A DNA stretch of 64,000 nt, taken from the NCBI GenBank assembly GCA_934474225.1, contig CAKSLU010000007.1, forward strand, positions 5,755-69,754. Direction: 5' to 3'. The number at the start of each line of letters is the position of its first letter. Positions within the stretch are counted from its first letter, which is position 1. The notes under the pieces were generated by a model. It searched no databases. It was not told the DNA's origin and saw only the letters and a list, made by a program, of their open reading frames with translations. Positions 19,190 to 27,987 of this stretch are shown piece by piece. The position numbers and the translations under genes were made by a program. Source of the stretch: an uncultured Eubacteriales bacterium. GTDB taxonomy: Bacteria; Bacillota; Clostridia; Oscillospirales; CAG-272.

Positions 19190-19191
19190 CC

Positions 19192-19524
19192 ATGGAATTC
19201 TGGCAAACCGTCCGTCCCTTCGCGCGGATGCTGCCGCTTGTCTGGTTTGCGGCAGTCAATCTCATCGCCGCCGTCACAGTCGCCTACGACAAACACATCA
19301 GCCGCCTGCCGCGCGGCAGCATCCGCCGCGTGCCGGAGCGCCGCTTTGTGCGCTTTGCCTGGCTCGGCGGCGGGCTCGGCACGCTGCTTTTCATGCTGCT
19401 CTGCCACCACAAAACCAAATCGCACGATGCGCTGCTGCTGCGCATTCTGCTGCCGACGCTCCTCTGGGTCTGCGCATGGCTTTTTGCTCTGTCGCGCATG
19501 AATCCGGGCAGTCTCGGGATATAA
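19192..19524 (+). CDS. DUF1294 family membrane protein
   Basis: 110 aa with the pattern YDKHISRLPRGSIRRVPERRF...GGGLG...HHKTK typical of DUF1294. Confidence 0.75.
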   Translation: MEFWQTVRPFARMLPLVWFAAVNLIAAVTVAYDKHISRLPRGSIRRVPERRFVRFAWLGGGLGTLLFMLLCHHKTKSHDALLLRILLPTLLWVCAWLFALSRMNPGSLGI

Positions 19525-19547
19525 TCATACAAACGGAGGATGGAATC

Positions 19548-20255
19548 ATGACCTATGTAATGTCGGATATACACGGTGACTACGAGCGCTATATGAAGAT
19601 GCTGGAGGCAATCAACCTCGACGAGGACCGCGACACGCTCTATATCCTCGGCGATGTCATTGACTTCGGCGAGGGAGGCATGAAGATTCTCGACGACATG
19701 TCGTCCCGCCCGAATGTCTACCCCATCATCGGCGAGCATGAGTACACCGCCCTGCCGCTGCTCAGCCGCCTCTGCGGCGACGCGGAGGAGAGCGCCGTCG
19801 CCGTCGCCGCGCTCGGCAAAGAAGCGCTTGCCGCCTTTGCCGCCTGGGGCAAAAACGGCGGCGAGGCGACCGCACGCGAATTTTTTGCACTCTCGCCGGA
19901 CGACCGCGCATGGCTTGTGGACTACCTCGGCGAATTTGCGCCCTACGAGGAGGTCGAGGTGGGCGGCAAAACCTATCTGCTCGTGCACGCGGGGCTGCAA
20001 AACTTCTCGAAAGACCGCGACATCGACGACTACGGCATCGAGGAGCTGATCTCGGAGTCACCCGACTATGAAAAGGTGTATTTCGAGGACAAAATCCTCG
20101 TCACGGGGCACAAGCCCACCGTGGAAATCAACCCCGGCTATAAGGGGAAAATCTTCATGCTGAACGGGCATATCGCCATCGACTGCGGCGCGGCATACGG
20201 TCTGCCGCTCGGCTGCCTGCGCCTCGACGATAGGAAAGAATTTTATGTGGAGTGA
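19548..20255 (+). CDS. metallophosphoesterase (Ser/Thr phosphatase-like)
   Basis: ATG 19548 follows GGAGGA. Motifs DIHGD, GDVID and a GH motif are present. The ORF-track start 19476 has no RBS. Confidence 0.8.
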   Translation: MTYVMSDIHGDYERYMKMLEAINLDEDRDTLYILGDVIDFGEGGMKILDDMSSRPNVYPIIGEHEYTALPLLSRLCGDAEESAVAVAALGKEALAAFAAWGKNGGEATAREFFALSPDDRAWLVDYLGEFAPYEEVEVGGKTYLLVHAGLQNFSKDRDIDDYGIEELISESPDYEKVYFEDKILVTGHKPTVEINPGYKGKIFMLNGHIAIDCGAAYGLPLGCLRLDDRKEFYVE

Positions 20256-20268
20256 GATGTCTGCCTTT

Positions 20269-20428
20269 GGCTCCCCTGTGTAAGGGGTGAGCTGTACGAG
20301 ACGCGATGCGTTTAGGCTCCCCTGTGCAAGGGGAGCTGTCACCGTCAGGTGACTGAGGGGTTGTATCTGTGCCATGTAACAATCCCTCCGCCGCCGTTCG
20401 GCGGCACCTCCCTTTACACAAGGGAGGC
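20269..20428 (+). repeat. Partial long-form 5' segment (20269-20314) fused to a full R1 subtype a (20315-20428)
   Basis: GGCTCCCCTGTGTAAGGGGTGAGCTGTACGAGACGCGATGCGTTTA, then a complete element with H2 GTCACCGTCAGGTGAC and H4 GCCGCCGTTCGGCGGC. Confidence 0.88.
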
Positions 20429-20448
20429 GAAGATAGCCCAGCACGATT

Positions 20449-20525
20449 GCGGCGGGAGCGAGCCCCCGCCCTACGGTGTGCACATAGTTCCCGCTGTTCC
20501 GTAGGGGCGATTCATGAATCGCCCG
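20449..20525. repeat. REP-like head-to-head doublet
   Basis: GCGGCGGGAGCGAGCCCCCGCCCTAC, a 26-nt linker (GGTGTGCACATAG..), then GTAGGGGCGATTCATGAATCGCCCG. Confidence 0.85.
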
Positions 20526-20745
20526 TTTTTGCTTTTGGCGCGGGGTCGTCGGTCAATCCGACAAGAAAATCTGCCGATGTGTGCAGCGATGTCGCCAACT
20601 GCGCAATCACGCTTGCGCGCGGTTCCGCATGAAAATAGAGAATCAGGTAAAGATTCGTGTCGGAAATGCCGGTCACCTCTGCCAGTGCGGGCAAAGACAA
20701 ATCATATTTCTGCATCAAAAAATGCAATCGCTCTGCAATAGACAA
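20512..20745 (-). CDS. XRE-family helix-turn-helix transcriptional regulator
   Basis: HTH_XRE pattern (L)SIAERLHFLMQKYDLSLPALAEVTGISDTNLYLIL...SADFLVGL. TTG 20745 lies 10 nt after GGGGGAGG. The ORF-track TTG at 20850 is the alternative start. Confidence 0.7.
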   Translation of the reverse strand: MSIAERLHFLMQKYDLSLPALAEVTGISDTNLYLILYFHAEPRASVIAQLATSLHTSADFLVGLTDDPAPKAKTGDS

Positions 20746-20767
20746 TCCATTTTTCCTCCCCCCCGTT

Positions 20768-20783
20768 TGTCTGCATGTAGACA
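20768..20783. promoter_or_regulatory. Operator-like palindrome TGTCTGCATGTAGACA upstream of the XRE gene
   Basis: Shares the 12-nt core TCTGCATGTAGA with the palindrome inside the RHH promoter (21039-21056). Confidence 0.45.
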
Positions 20784-20809
20784 GCCGATGATTAACGGCA
20801 ATGCTGCCG

Positions 20810-21001
20810 TTAATCCTTGCCCGCCAAATCAAGTCCGGTGTATTGTTCAAGCGCCGCCGTAATCAGTGCGGACATGCTCAGCCCATGCTGCTCGGCATAG
20901 GCTCTGAGGTTCTCGCGCTTTTCCAGCGGGATGAACGCCTGAACGGAATAATACCGTTCGCGCCTGAACTGTGATTTGTAGGCATTCCGCTTTTCTGACA
21001 T
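20810..21001 (-). CDS. ribbon-helix-helix (CopG/MobC-like) DNA-binding protein
   Basis: 63 aa. A basic N-terminus and beta-strand segment (YYSVQAFIP) are followed by two helices (RENLRAYAEQHGLSMSALITAALEQY). GGAGG RBS. Confidence 0.7.
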   Translation of the reverse strand: MSEKRNAYKSQFRRERYYSVQAFIPLEKRENLRAYAEQHGLSMSALITAALEQYTGLDLAGKD

Positions 21002-21030
21002 GCGTTCTGCCTCCGTATGTTCATAGCAGT

Positions 21031-21059
21031 ATTATAGCACATCTACATGCAGATGTCAA
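21031..21059 (-). promoter_or_regulatory. Consensus SigA promoter with embedded palindromic operator
   Basis: Minus strand reads TTGACA, 17 nt, then TATAAT. The spacer contains the palindrome ACATCTGCATGTAGATGT. It lies upstream of the RHH gene. Confidence 0.75.
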
Positions 21060-21075
21060 GTGCGAATGCATTTTA

Positions 21076-21211
21076 GGCTTCCCCGTTGGGGAAGCTGGCG
21101 CGTAGCGCCTGATGAGGGATTGCACAAAGCAAAACATCGCGCCATGCTGTGCCGGCTGCCTGCATGCCCTCATCCCCCGCCTACGGCGGTACCTTCCCCA
21201 CCGGGGAAGGC
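21076..21211 (+). repeat. R1 five-hairpin element, subtype c
   Basis: GGCTTCCCCGTTGGGGAAGC / GGCGCGTAGCGCC / GATGAGGG..CCCTCATC / CCGCCTACGGCGG / CCTTCCCCACCGGGGAAGG. Confidence 0.88.
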
Positions 21212-21231
21212 TTGGTTAGATGCGCAAGGTG

Positions 21232-21255
21232 CGGGCGACCGATGGTCGCCCCTAC
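21232..21255 (-). repeat. Single REP-like unit
   Basis: The plus strand reads CGGGCGACCGATGGTCGCCCCTAC, which is GTAGGGGCGACCATCGGTCGCCCG on the minus strand. Confidence 0.8.
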
Positions 21256-21296
21256 AGTTTGCGGGGGATTTTTCACCCCCTTCTGCACACCCAAAG

Positions 21297-21325
21297 CAAA
21301 AAAACACGAACCTTGCGGTTCGTGT
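21297..21325 (-). terminator. Rho-independent terminator of the GH43/SLH gene
   Basis: Hairpin ACACGAACC-GCAA-GGTTCGTGT followed by T7 on the minus strand, immediately after the stop codon. Confidence 0.8.
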
Positions 21326-21333
21326 TTTTTTGC

Positions 21334-24300
21334 TTACTTGATACGGTATTCGGCGGCGGCGATGCGCGTGAAGATGACGCACGCCTCCGAGCGGCGGATG
21401 CCGTCGTTCGGGCGGTACTTGCCCGTGCCGGCGTCGCCGCCGACGATGCCTGCGGCAAAGAGTTTCTTCACCGCGGCGGCGCACGCCATGCCGTCCGTCA
21501 CATCGGCGGGCGAACCCGTTCGCGTGGCGGCGTATTCGCCGTCCGGCAGGATTGCCGCAAAGACGACCGCCATCTCCCCGCGCGTGATGGCGCGGTCGTA
21601 GCTGTCAAACTGCCCGTCCTTAATGATGCCGTTTGCCACGCAGTAGGCAACATAAGGTTCGTACCAGGTCTTCGCGCCTGCGGTGTTCACCGCGCCGCCG
21701 GAGTAGGCGGTGCGGATGTTGGCGGCGGCGGTCAGCGCCTGTGCCACCGTGAAACTGCCGTCGGGTGAGAACTTATCCGCGGCGGTGCCGTTTGCCAGCG
21801 CGTACTCATATGCCGCCGCCACATAGGGATGGAACCACGCGGTCTGCGGCACATCCGCAAAGTTTTCCGCATAGGTGCGCGTGCGGCGGAAGGGTGAAGT
21901 TGCATCGCCCGCCGAGGTCTTATCAAATCCGGTGATACGGGCGGCGAGCGGCAGCGGGTTCAGCGCCATGGTGTAGGTCGTTGACACCGGCTGCACGGCG
22001 GTCATCGTGGGCGTGCCGTCCGCCGCGAAGTCGATCTTCTGCATATACATGCGGCGCATGGTGTAGGCAGAATAATGGTACTCCTTCGCGTGGAACACGC
22101 CGTAGAAATCCTTTCCATCCGGCGAAGTGGTGACGATCATCGCGCCGGGGGAATACACGCCGGTTGCATAATCCGTAAACTGCAGCGGCGTCTCATACTT
22201 TTTCCAGAGCGACGCATCGGTGAGCGGGTCATTCTCCCCGCCCGTGAAGCGCAGCATGCCGGTGCAGTACTCGTCGGTGCGGGTATGCCCCGCCGCGAAG
22301 AGCAGATACAGCGTGCCGTCCGGCGCATAGAACGGGAACGGTCCCTCCATGATGCCCTTTTCGTAGTTGTACTGCGGCGAGGAAATGACGACCTGTCCGT
22401 CCGCCATCTTCGTGGGCGACTCAAGTTTCACCACGCGCATACGCTGGATGTGCGTGCCGTTCGACCCGTCCGCCGCGCGCCAGAAGCCGCTGAAGAACAT
22501 GTAGGTATTGCCGTCATGCTCGATGACGCGGGGCGACAGATAGGTGAACGCCTCCTTATCGAGGTTCTCCATGCAGCCGAAGAAGCGGTAGCCGCCGATG
22601 GGATCATCGGTCTCGGCGACCCAGACATAGGGGTAACGCTTGAGCATATTGACGCCCGGATCCTGATCGTTCGGGAACTGGCAGGAGGCGTAAACATACC
22701 ACTTGCCGTCGAGCTTGTAGAGCTGGGGCGCCCAGATGGCCTGCATATCCTTCGCCTGACCCGAGAGCGCCTGGCTCCAGATGAGCACGGGCGTGACCTT
22801 GCCGATGTCAAAGAGGTTGGCCGCCTTCGCCATGTAGATTGCGGGCTTGCCCGCGTATTCCTTGGCGTAGGTGTAGTAATACCAGCCGTCGACATAGACG
22901 ACCGAGGGATCGGCAAAGCCCGCAATGGGATTCTGATAGGTTGCATCGCCGCTGACGGCGGCCGTAAGGTTCATATTTTCGGGGACAGTGACAGCGGAAG
23001 TGTGCGTGCCGCCCATCCCCGCCGTGCCGGACACCGTGCTGACGCGGCGGATGTCCGAGGTGGTGACGGTGAGGTTGTATGCGCCGTCGAGTTTTGCCGT
23101 ATTGTCCTCGCCCGCGCGGATGTCGCCCTCAAAGGCTGCGCCCGCCGCGTTGACTGCGACATTGCCGTACACCTGCGCGCCTGCCGCCACGCCGATGACC
23201 GGGCAGGCGACCCTGCCGCCATAGGCGTTGAAGACGGCGTTGCCGCGAAGGCCGTTCACCCCGGCGACATAAACGCCGTCCGTGATGCTGCCGCCGTAGA
23301 GGTTCAGCGTGAGGCTGCCGGTCGCCTGCCGCGCAGACGCACCGGCAGCGGTGGAATACTGCCCGGGCGTGACAACGCCCCAAGTGCCGCTGTAAATGTC
23401 CAGCGTGACATCGGTGCGCAGCGCCTCCGCAAGCGACACCGAGCCGCCGACCAGCGCCGGATAGTGCTCGATGCGCGCGTCGGGCAGCAGGCTGCATGCG
23501 ACGCCCGCGCCGATGGTGAGATGCTTGCCCGCCGCGGCGATGTAGGCGTCGTTTGCCGCCGTCTCAATAGAAAGTTCGGTGAAAGTCGTTTCCATGCCGA
23601 GCGTGACCGAGCCGGCGAGCACCAGCTTTGCCCCGTCGGTGAGGCGGTAGTCCATGCCGCCGTAGAGCGAGGTCACCGTGAGCTTGCCGGTCGCCGCCGC
23701 GAGCGTCTTTGCGCCCGAGACCGTGAGACTGCCGCAGACGACCACCGTGCCGCCCGCAGGGAGCGCCGCCGTCGCCGCGACGAGATCGCCCATCGGCGAA
23801 GTCGGCAGCGTGCCGTCGCCCTCTCCGCCGTCCTTCACATAAAGGACGGTTTTTTCAGCTTTGACGGGGGTGTAACCCTTGTCCGCGCTGCCGCCGCGCA
23901 CCAAGGCGAAGCCCTCTCCGGCGCTGTTCGCGCGCTTGCCGAGAAGCGTGCCGACATGCCCGCCGAGGAGCAGCACATAGGTGCGCGCGCCCGCGACGGT
24001 ACTGCCGCCCGAGACGGTGGCAAAACTGCCGGAACGGACGGTGACGCCGTGCGATGCCGCACCCGTGCCGCCGTCCAGCGTGAGGCTGCCGCCCGAGACG
24101 CCGTCGCCGACGGTGAGGGCGTGCCCTGCCGCGTCAATTTTGCCGCTGCCGCCGAGGCGGAGATTTTCAATGCGCGTCTCACTGCCCAGCGTCAGCGTGC
24201 CCGAAACGGTCAGCACGCCGCCGTAACTTTTGCCGCCCGAGGCACCGACGATGTGCAGCGCCTTTTCGGTGGCGGCAAGCGTTTCGCTGCCGACCGTGAG

Positions 24301-26445
24301 GTTGCCGCTGACGACGACCGTGCCGCCCGCAGGCATGGCGGCGACCGCCGCCTTCAGCGTTTTCTTCGCGGTGGCTGCCGTCCTGCCGTCCGCTGCGTCA
24401 TTGCCGCTGTCCGCGACGAAGAGCACCGCGTCAAAGCCGACGGCGGGCATCGAAATGCCGTCCGCGAGGTCGAGCGCGGAGACGCCGCGCACATTCTCGC
24501 CGTTTGCACCCGCAAAGCCGCCCGCGAAATTGCCGCCCGTGACTTTCAGCGTGAAGTCGCCGTCCACATAGCCCGCCACGCGGTCGTGCACGGCGGCGAT
24601 TTCGGTGCCTGCGCGGAAGGTGCCGCCGGAGATCTCAATGGTGACATTGCCGCGCACATAGGCGTTGCCGCTTGAGGTTGCGTTGGTGCCGGGGCGCCCG
24701 ACGCCGCAAATCGAGCTGTTAAATGTGCCGCCCGTGATGCGGATCGTTGCATCGCCGTCCAGCGCGTCAAAGCCGCTGACCGCGATGATGCCGTTTTTGT
24801 TCGGCTCGGTGGTGACCGAGGTGAAGGTGCCGCCGTTTATCTCGATGGTGACATTGCCGATGGTGCCGACCGGCTGGTATTCGCCGGTGCGAATCGAGCC
24901 GCCGCGGACATACCACCAGGTGCCGCTGTTGATTTCAATCTTATAGCCGAAGAAGCTCGCCGTCTTTGCCGTGGTGCCTGCTATGGCGCAGTCCGTGCCG
25001 CCCCAGACGGCAATGGGATTGCCCTCATAGGCGCAGGTGACGCCCTCGCCGACGGTGAAGCTGTTGCCGCGGCAGAAGATGTCCACGCCGTTTTTGGAAT
25101 TGACGCGCAGATGCTCAAACCGCACGGGTGAGCCGAGGAAAACATCCGCCTCCAGCATCAGCGCGCCGCTGTAAATCTCGCCGCCGTAGCTGTTTGTGAA
25201 GGTGATCTCCCCCGCCCGCTCCGGGAAGGTTGCCGACGCGGCGGTGACGGTGACTCTGCCGCAGACGACAATGGTGCCGCCCGCCGCATCCAGCCGCTTG
25301 AAGGCGCGGCCGAGCGTCTGCACCGCGCTGTCCGCGCTCGTGCCGTCCGCCGCGTCGTCGCCGAAGTCGCTGAGGAAGACGACCGACGCATCCGTGAGCA
25401 CGGGCGTGTCGCTGCCGCCGCCGACGACCTTGTCAAAGGACGCCTTGTTGACGCAGGCGTCCATCCATGCGTCGGTGACCTTGGTTTTGTCCGCGCGGGT
25501 GATGTCCAGCGTGGTCTTGCCGTAGTTGGCGGCGACCTGCCCGAAGGCGGGACCGCCCGTCAGCCCGTGCCACACGCCGGTGGTGGACCAGCCGGTCTCG
25601 TTGACGCCCTTGAAATAGGCGGCGGGGTCAAAATTCTCTGTGAGCGTGACCGTCGCGTCCACCGTGTAGGTCATTTTTTCACTGCCGCAGGCGGTGATGA
25701 AGTTGGTGACCGCGCCGCCGTCCAGCGTGATGTACACCCGCGCGGTGTTCTGCGCCTTGCCGCCCCAGCGGAACGCGCCGAAGACCTTGTCCACGACGGC
25801 GTCGCCGCCCACCGTGATGTAAGCCGCGCCGGTGTAGCTCGGGTTGAACGACGCCTTGCCCGTGTTGCGCCCGAGGCCCGTGACCTCGGCATAGCGTCCG
25901 CTCTCAAGCGTGATGTGCGCATCGCGGCTGTAGTCGTCGTCCGGCACGGTGACCGTCGCGTTGGTATGCTCCATACCGCCGACGACATGCACCTCGATGT
26001 TGTCCATGGTGACACCCTTGCCGAAGGTGAGCGCGAAGAAGCGCCCCGCCACGACCAGCGTCTTTTTGTGCGCGTTGTAGAATGTGATATTCTCAAAAGT
26101 CGTATCCCCGGTGCAGAAGAAGCGGCCGCCGTCCGGGAAGACGAGGCGCGCGCCGCCCTCCGCCGAAAGCGTCAGCGTGCCGCCCGTGGCAGGCGCGGTA
26201 AACGCGCCTACAGAGGCGTCATACCCCGCCGATTTTGCCACCGAGGTGTCGCCGACGAGGACGACTTTGCCGCCGCCGGACACGGCGCGGATCGCGTCCG
26301 CAAGGTCGCCGAGCGGGCTCAAAGCGCTCGTGCCGTCGCCCGTGCCGCCGTCCTTCACATAGACCGTGTCCGCCGCCGATGCGGCGAGCGTGCCGAGCGC
26401 CATGGCAAGGCAGAGCACAAGCATCCATCTGCAAATTTTTTTCAT
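21334..26445 (-). CDS. Giant secreted, SLH-anchored glycoside hydrolase family 43 protein with four N-terminal beta-helix-like modules
   Basis: ATG 26445 follows AAGGAGG, with signal peptide MKKICRWMLVLCLAMALGTLAASA. Four modules each open with a YVKDGG.GDG...GG.VVV.G-like segment. GH43 motifs are FADPSVVYVDGWYYY, WAPQLYKLDGKWYVY and EGPF. Three C-terminal SLH repeats lie at about 21337-21862. Confidence 0.85.
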   Translation of the reverse strand: MKKICRWMLVLCLAMALGTLAASAADTVYVKDGGTGDGTSALSPLGDLADAIRAVSGGGKVVLVGDTSVAKSAGYDASVGAFTAPATGGTLTLSAEGGARLVFPDGGRFFCTGDTTFENITFYNAHKKTLVVAGRFFALTFGKGVTMDNIEVHVVGGMEHTNATVTVPDDDYSRDAHITLESGRYAEVTGLGRNTGKASFNPSYTGAAYITVGGDAVVDKVFGAFRWGGKAQNTARVYITLDGGAVTNFITACGSEKMTYTVDATVTLTENFDPAAYFKGVNETGWSTTGVWHGLTGGPAFGQVAANYGKTTLDITRADKTKVTDAWMDACVNKASFDKVVGGGSDTPVLTDASVVFLSDFGDDAADGTSADSAVQTLGRAFKRLDAAGGTIVVCGRVTVTAASATFPERAGEITFTNSYGGEIYSGALMLEADVFLGSPVRFEHLRVNSKNGVDIFCRGNSFTVGEGVTCAYEGNPIAVWGGTDCAIAGTTAKTASFFGYKIEINSGTWWYVRGGSIRTGEYQPVGTIGNVTIEINGGTFTSVTTEPNKNGIIAVSGFDALDGDATIRITGGTFNSSICGVGRPGTNATSSGNAYVRGNVTIEISGGTFRAGTEIAAVHDRVAGYVDGDFTLKVTGGNFAGGFAGANGENVRGVSALDLADGISMPAVGFDAVLFVADSGNDAADGRTAATAKKTLKAAVAAMPAGGTVVVSGNLTVGSETLAATEKALHIVGASGGKSYGGVLTVSGTLTLGSETRIENLRLGGSGKIDAAGHALTVGDGVSGGSLTLDGGTGAASHGVTVRSGSFATVSGGSTVAGARTYVLLLGGHVGTLLGKRANSAGEGFALVRGGSADKGYTPVKAEKTVLYVKDGGEGDGTLPTSPMGDLVAATAALPAGGTVVVCGSLTVSGAKTLAAATGKLTVTSLYGGMDYRLTDGAKLVLAGSVTLGMETTFTELSIETAANDAYIAAAGKHLTIGAGVACSLLPDARIEHYPALVGGSVSLAEALRTDVTLDIYSGTWGVVTPGQYSTAAGASARQATGSLTLNLYGGSITDGVYVAGVNGLRGNAVFNAYGGRVACPVIGVAAGAQVYGNVAVNAAGAAFEGDIRAGEDNTAKLDGAYNLTVTTSDIRRVSTVSGTAGMGGTHTSAVTVPENMNLTAAVSGDATYQNPIAGFADPSVVYVDGWYYYTYAKEYAGKPAIYMAKAANLFDIGKVTPVLIWSQALSGQAKDMQAIWAPQLYKLDGKWYVYASCQFPNDQDPGVNMLKRYPYVWVAETDDPIGGYRFFGCMENLDKEAFTYLSPRVIEHDGNTYMFFSGFWRAADGSNGTHIQRMRVVKLESPTKMADGQVVISSPQYNYEKGIMEGPFPFYAPDGTLYLLFAAGHTRTDEYCTGMLRFTGGENDPLTDASLWKKYETPLQFTDYATGVYSPGAMIVTTSPDGKDFYGVFHAKEYHYSAYTMRRMYMQKIDFAADGTPTMTAVQPVSTTYTMALNPLPLAARITGFDKTSAGDATSPFRRTRTYAENFADVPQTAWFHPYVAAAYEYALANGTAADKFSPDGSFTVAQALTAAANIRTAYSGGAVNTAGAKTWYEPYVAYCVANGIIKDGQFDSYDRAITRGEMAVVFAAILPDGEYAATRTGSPADVTDGMACAAAVKKLFAAGIVGGDAGTGKYRPNDGIRRSEACVIFTRIAAAEYRIK

Positions 26446-26455
26446 CGCTTCCTCC

Positions 26456-27928
26456 TTAATGTTTCCAGGTCTCTGCCGCGAGGCTGAACGCCGCGTCGGT
26501 CTGCGCAAGTGCGGCGCTTGCCGCATCCGCATAGCCCGCAAAGGTGGAGGCAAAGTCCTTCGACCCCTCGCGGAACATGTAGATCAACTGCTTGTTGATG
26601 TTGGCGGGCTGAATGTACAGCCCGAGGTCGTAGGCGCGGGTCGCCGCCATGCGCTCCAGCGTTGCCAGGCTGTCCTCGTCGCGGAAATACTGCCCCGTGA
26701 GCGTCTTGTCGTAGTACGCGCCGGTCAGGAGTTCCTTTCCGTAGTAAGCCAGCGCATCCAGCACCGCGCCCGAGCGCTCGGCATCCGCCGCCGTGAGCGG
26801 CACGGTGAAGAGCGTCATATGCCAGGGAGACGCCACCGTGTGGTACTCCGCCTGCGCCTCATCATACTTCGGATAGGGCAGAATGCCGTAGTCGGTCTCC
26901 ATATCGCGGTAAGCGTCCAGCGACTGCAGTCTGCCTGCAAGGAAGAGCGCGCGGTTGCCCGAGAACATGTCCATCGCTTCCTTCGAGGCGTAGCGCTGGT
27001 AATTGATGGCGTCGCCGCCGAAGCAGAAATCGGTGTACTTCGTGAGCACATCGACCACGCGCTCGCTGCCGGTGAGCGTCAGCGCAAGCGCGCCATCGGC
27101 GCCGACCGTCACCACGCGCTCGCCGCTGCCCTCGAACACGGCATAGACCGAGTCATCCCAGGTGATGAGCCCGAACTTGTCGGACATGTCGTACACGCCG
27201 TCGCTGTTCAGGTCCTCGGTGGCAAGTTTTGCATAGGACGCAAGCGCGTCCAGCGTCCACTTCCCGTCCTCGACAAGCGCATAGAAGTCTTCCTCGATGT
27301 TGAGGTCGGCCTTGACCTGCTTGTTGAACGCGATGACATTCTGCATCATGTCGTCCCAGAAGTCGATGTCGCCGGTGGTGGCAAAGAGCAGCCCGTGCAT
27401 CGTGAGGTCACGCGCCGCGCGCGCATCCCACCGGTCCTTTTCGAGTTTCAGATTTCCGATGCTGCCGAGCTCATAGAGCGCGCCGCCCATGGCAAGCGGC
27501 ACGGCGTCGTAGGCGGCAACTACTGCCGCGTCGTAGTCGTCATCGCCCGCCGTAGCGGCGACAAGCAGCTTGGTCTTTGCCGAGCCGTTCGTCCCGTAAT
27601 CCTCAATAAACCTGAACTTGATGCCGTACAGTTCCTCCACCGTTTTCATCCGGCGATACACCGCCTCGTCAAGCGGCGTGCGATCGGTCATGTCGGTGTC
27701 CTCAAAGGTCTTGAACGCCACATTGGCGTCGCAGTTGCCCGAAAGGAGCATGGTAAACTCGCCGGAATAGTCGGCGTCCACCGGGGTAAATTCGGGCGCT
27801 TCGGTGGTCACCTCGGCAGACGCCGTGGTGGTTTCACTTGTCGCGGGCGCGGGCTTCTCGCCGCAGGCGGCAAGGCTTGCCGCAAAGCATGCGGCGGCAA
27901 GAAGCAGTGCAATCTTTCTCTTTGACAT
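26456..27928 (-). CDS. ABC transporter extracellular solute-binding lipoprotein (family 1, LplA-like size)
   Basis: ATG 27928 follows GGGAGGAAAC, with lipobox LAAC in MSKRKIALLLAAACFAASLAACG; 490 aa. The longer ORF-track version (to 28726) overlaps araC and is rejected. Confidence 0.85.
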   Translation of the reverse strand: MSKRKIALLLAAACFAASLAACGEKPAPATSETTTASAEVTTEAPEFTPVDADYSGEFTMLLSGNCDANVAFKTFEDTDMTDRTPLDEAVYRRMKTVEELYGIKFRFIEDYGTNGSAKTKLLVAATAGDDDYDAAVVAAYDAVPLAMGGALYELGSIGNLKLEKDRWDARAARDLTMHGLLFATTGDIDFWDDMMQNVIAFNKQVKADLNIEEDFYALVEDGKWTLDALASYAKLATEDLNSDGVYDMSDKFGLITWDDSVYAVFEGSGERVVTVGADGALALTLTGSERVVDVLTKYTDFCFGGDAINYQRYASKEAMDMFSGNRALFLAGRLQSLDAYRDMETDYGILPYPKYDEAQAEYHTVASPWHMTLFTVPLTAADAERSGAVLDALAYYGKELLTGAYYDKTLTGQYFRDEDSLATLERMAATRAYDLGLYIQPANINKQLIYMFREGSKDFASTFAGYADAASAALAQTDAAFSLAAETWKH

Positions 27929-27987
27929 GGCGGTTTCCTCCCGTATTCGTTTATGTAGATTTTTTGATTTCTTCGTTTCCCGTGCGG

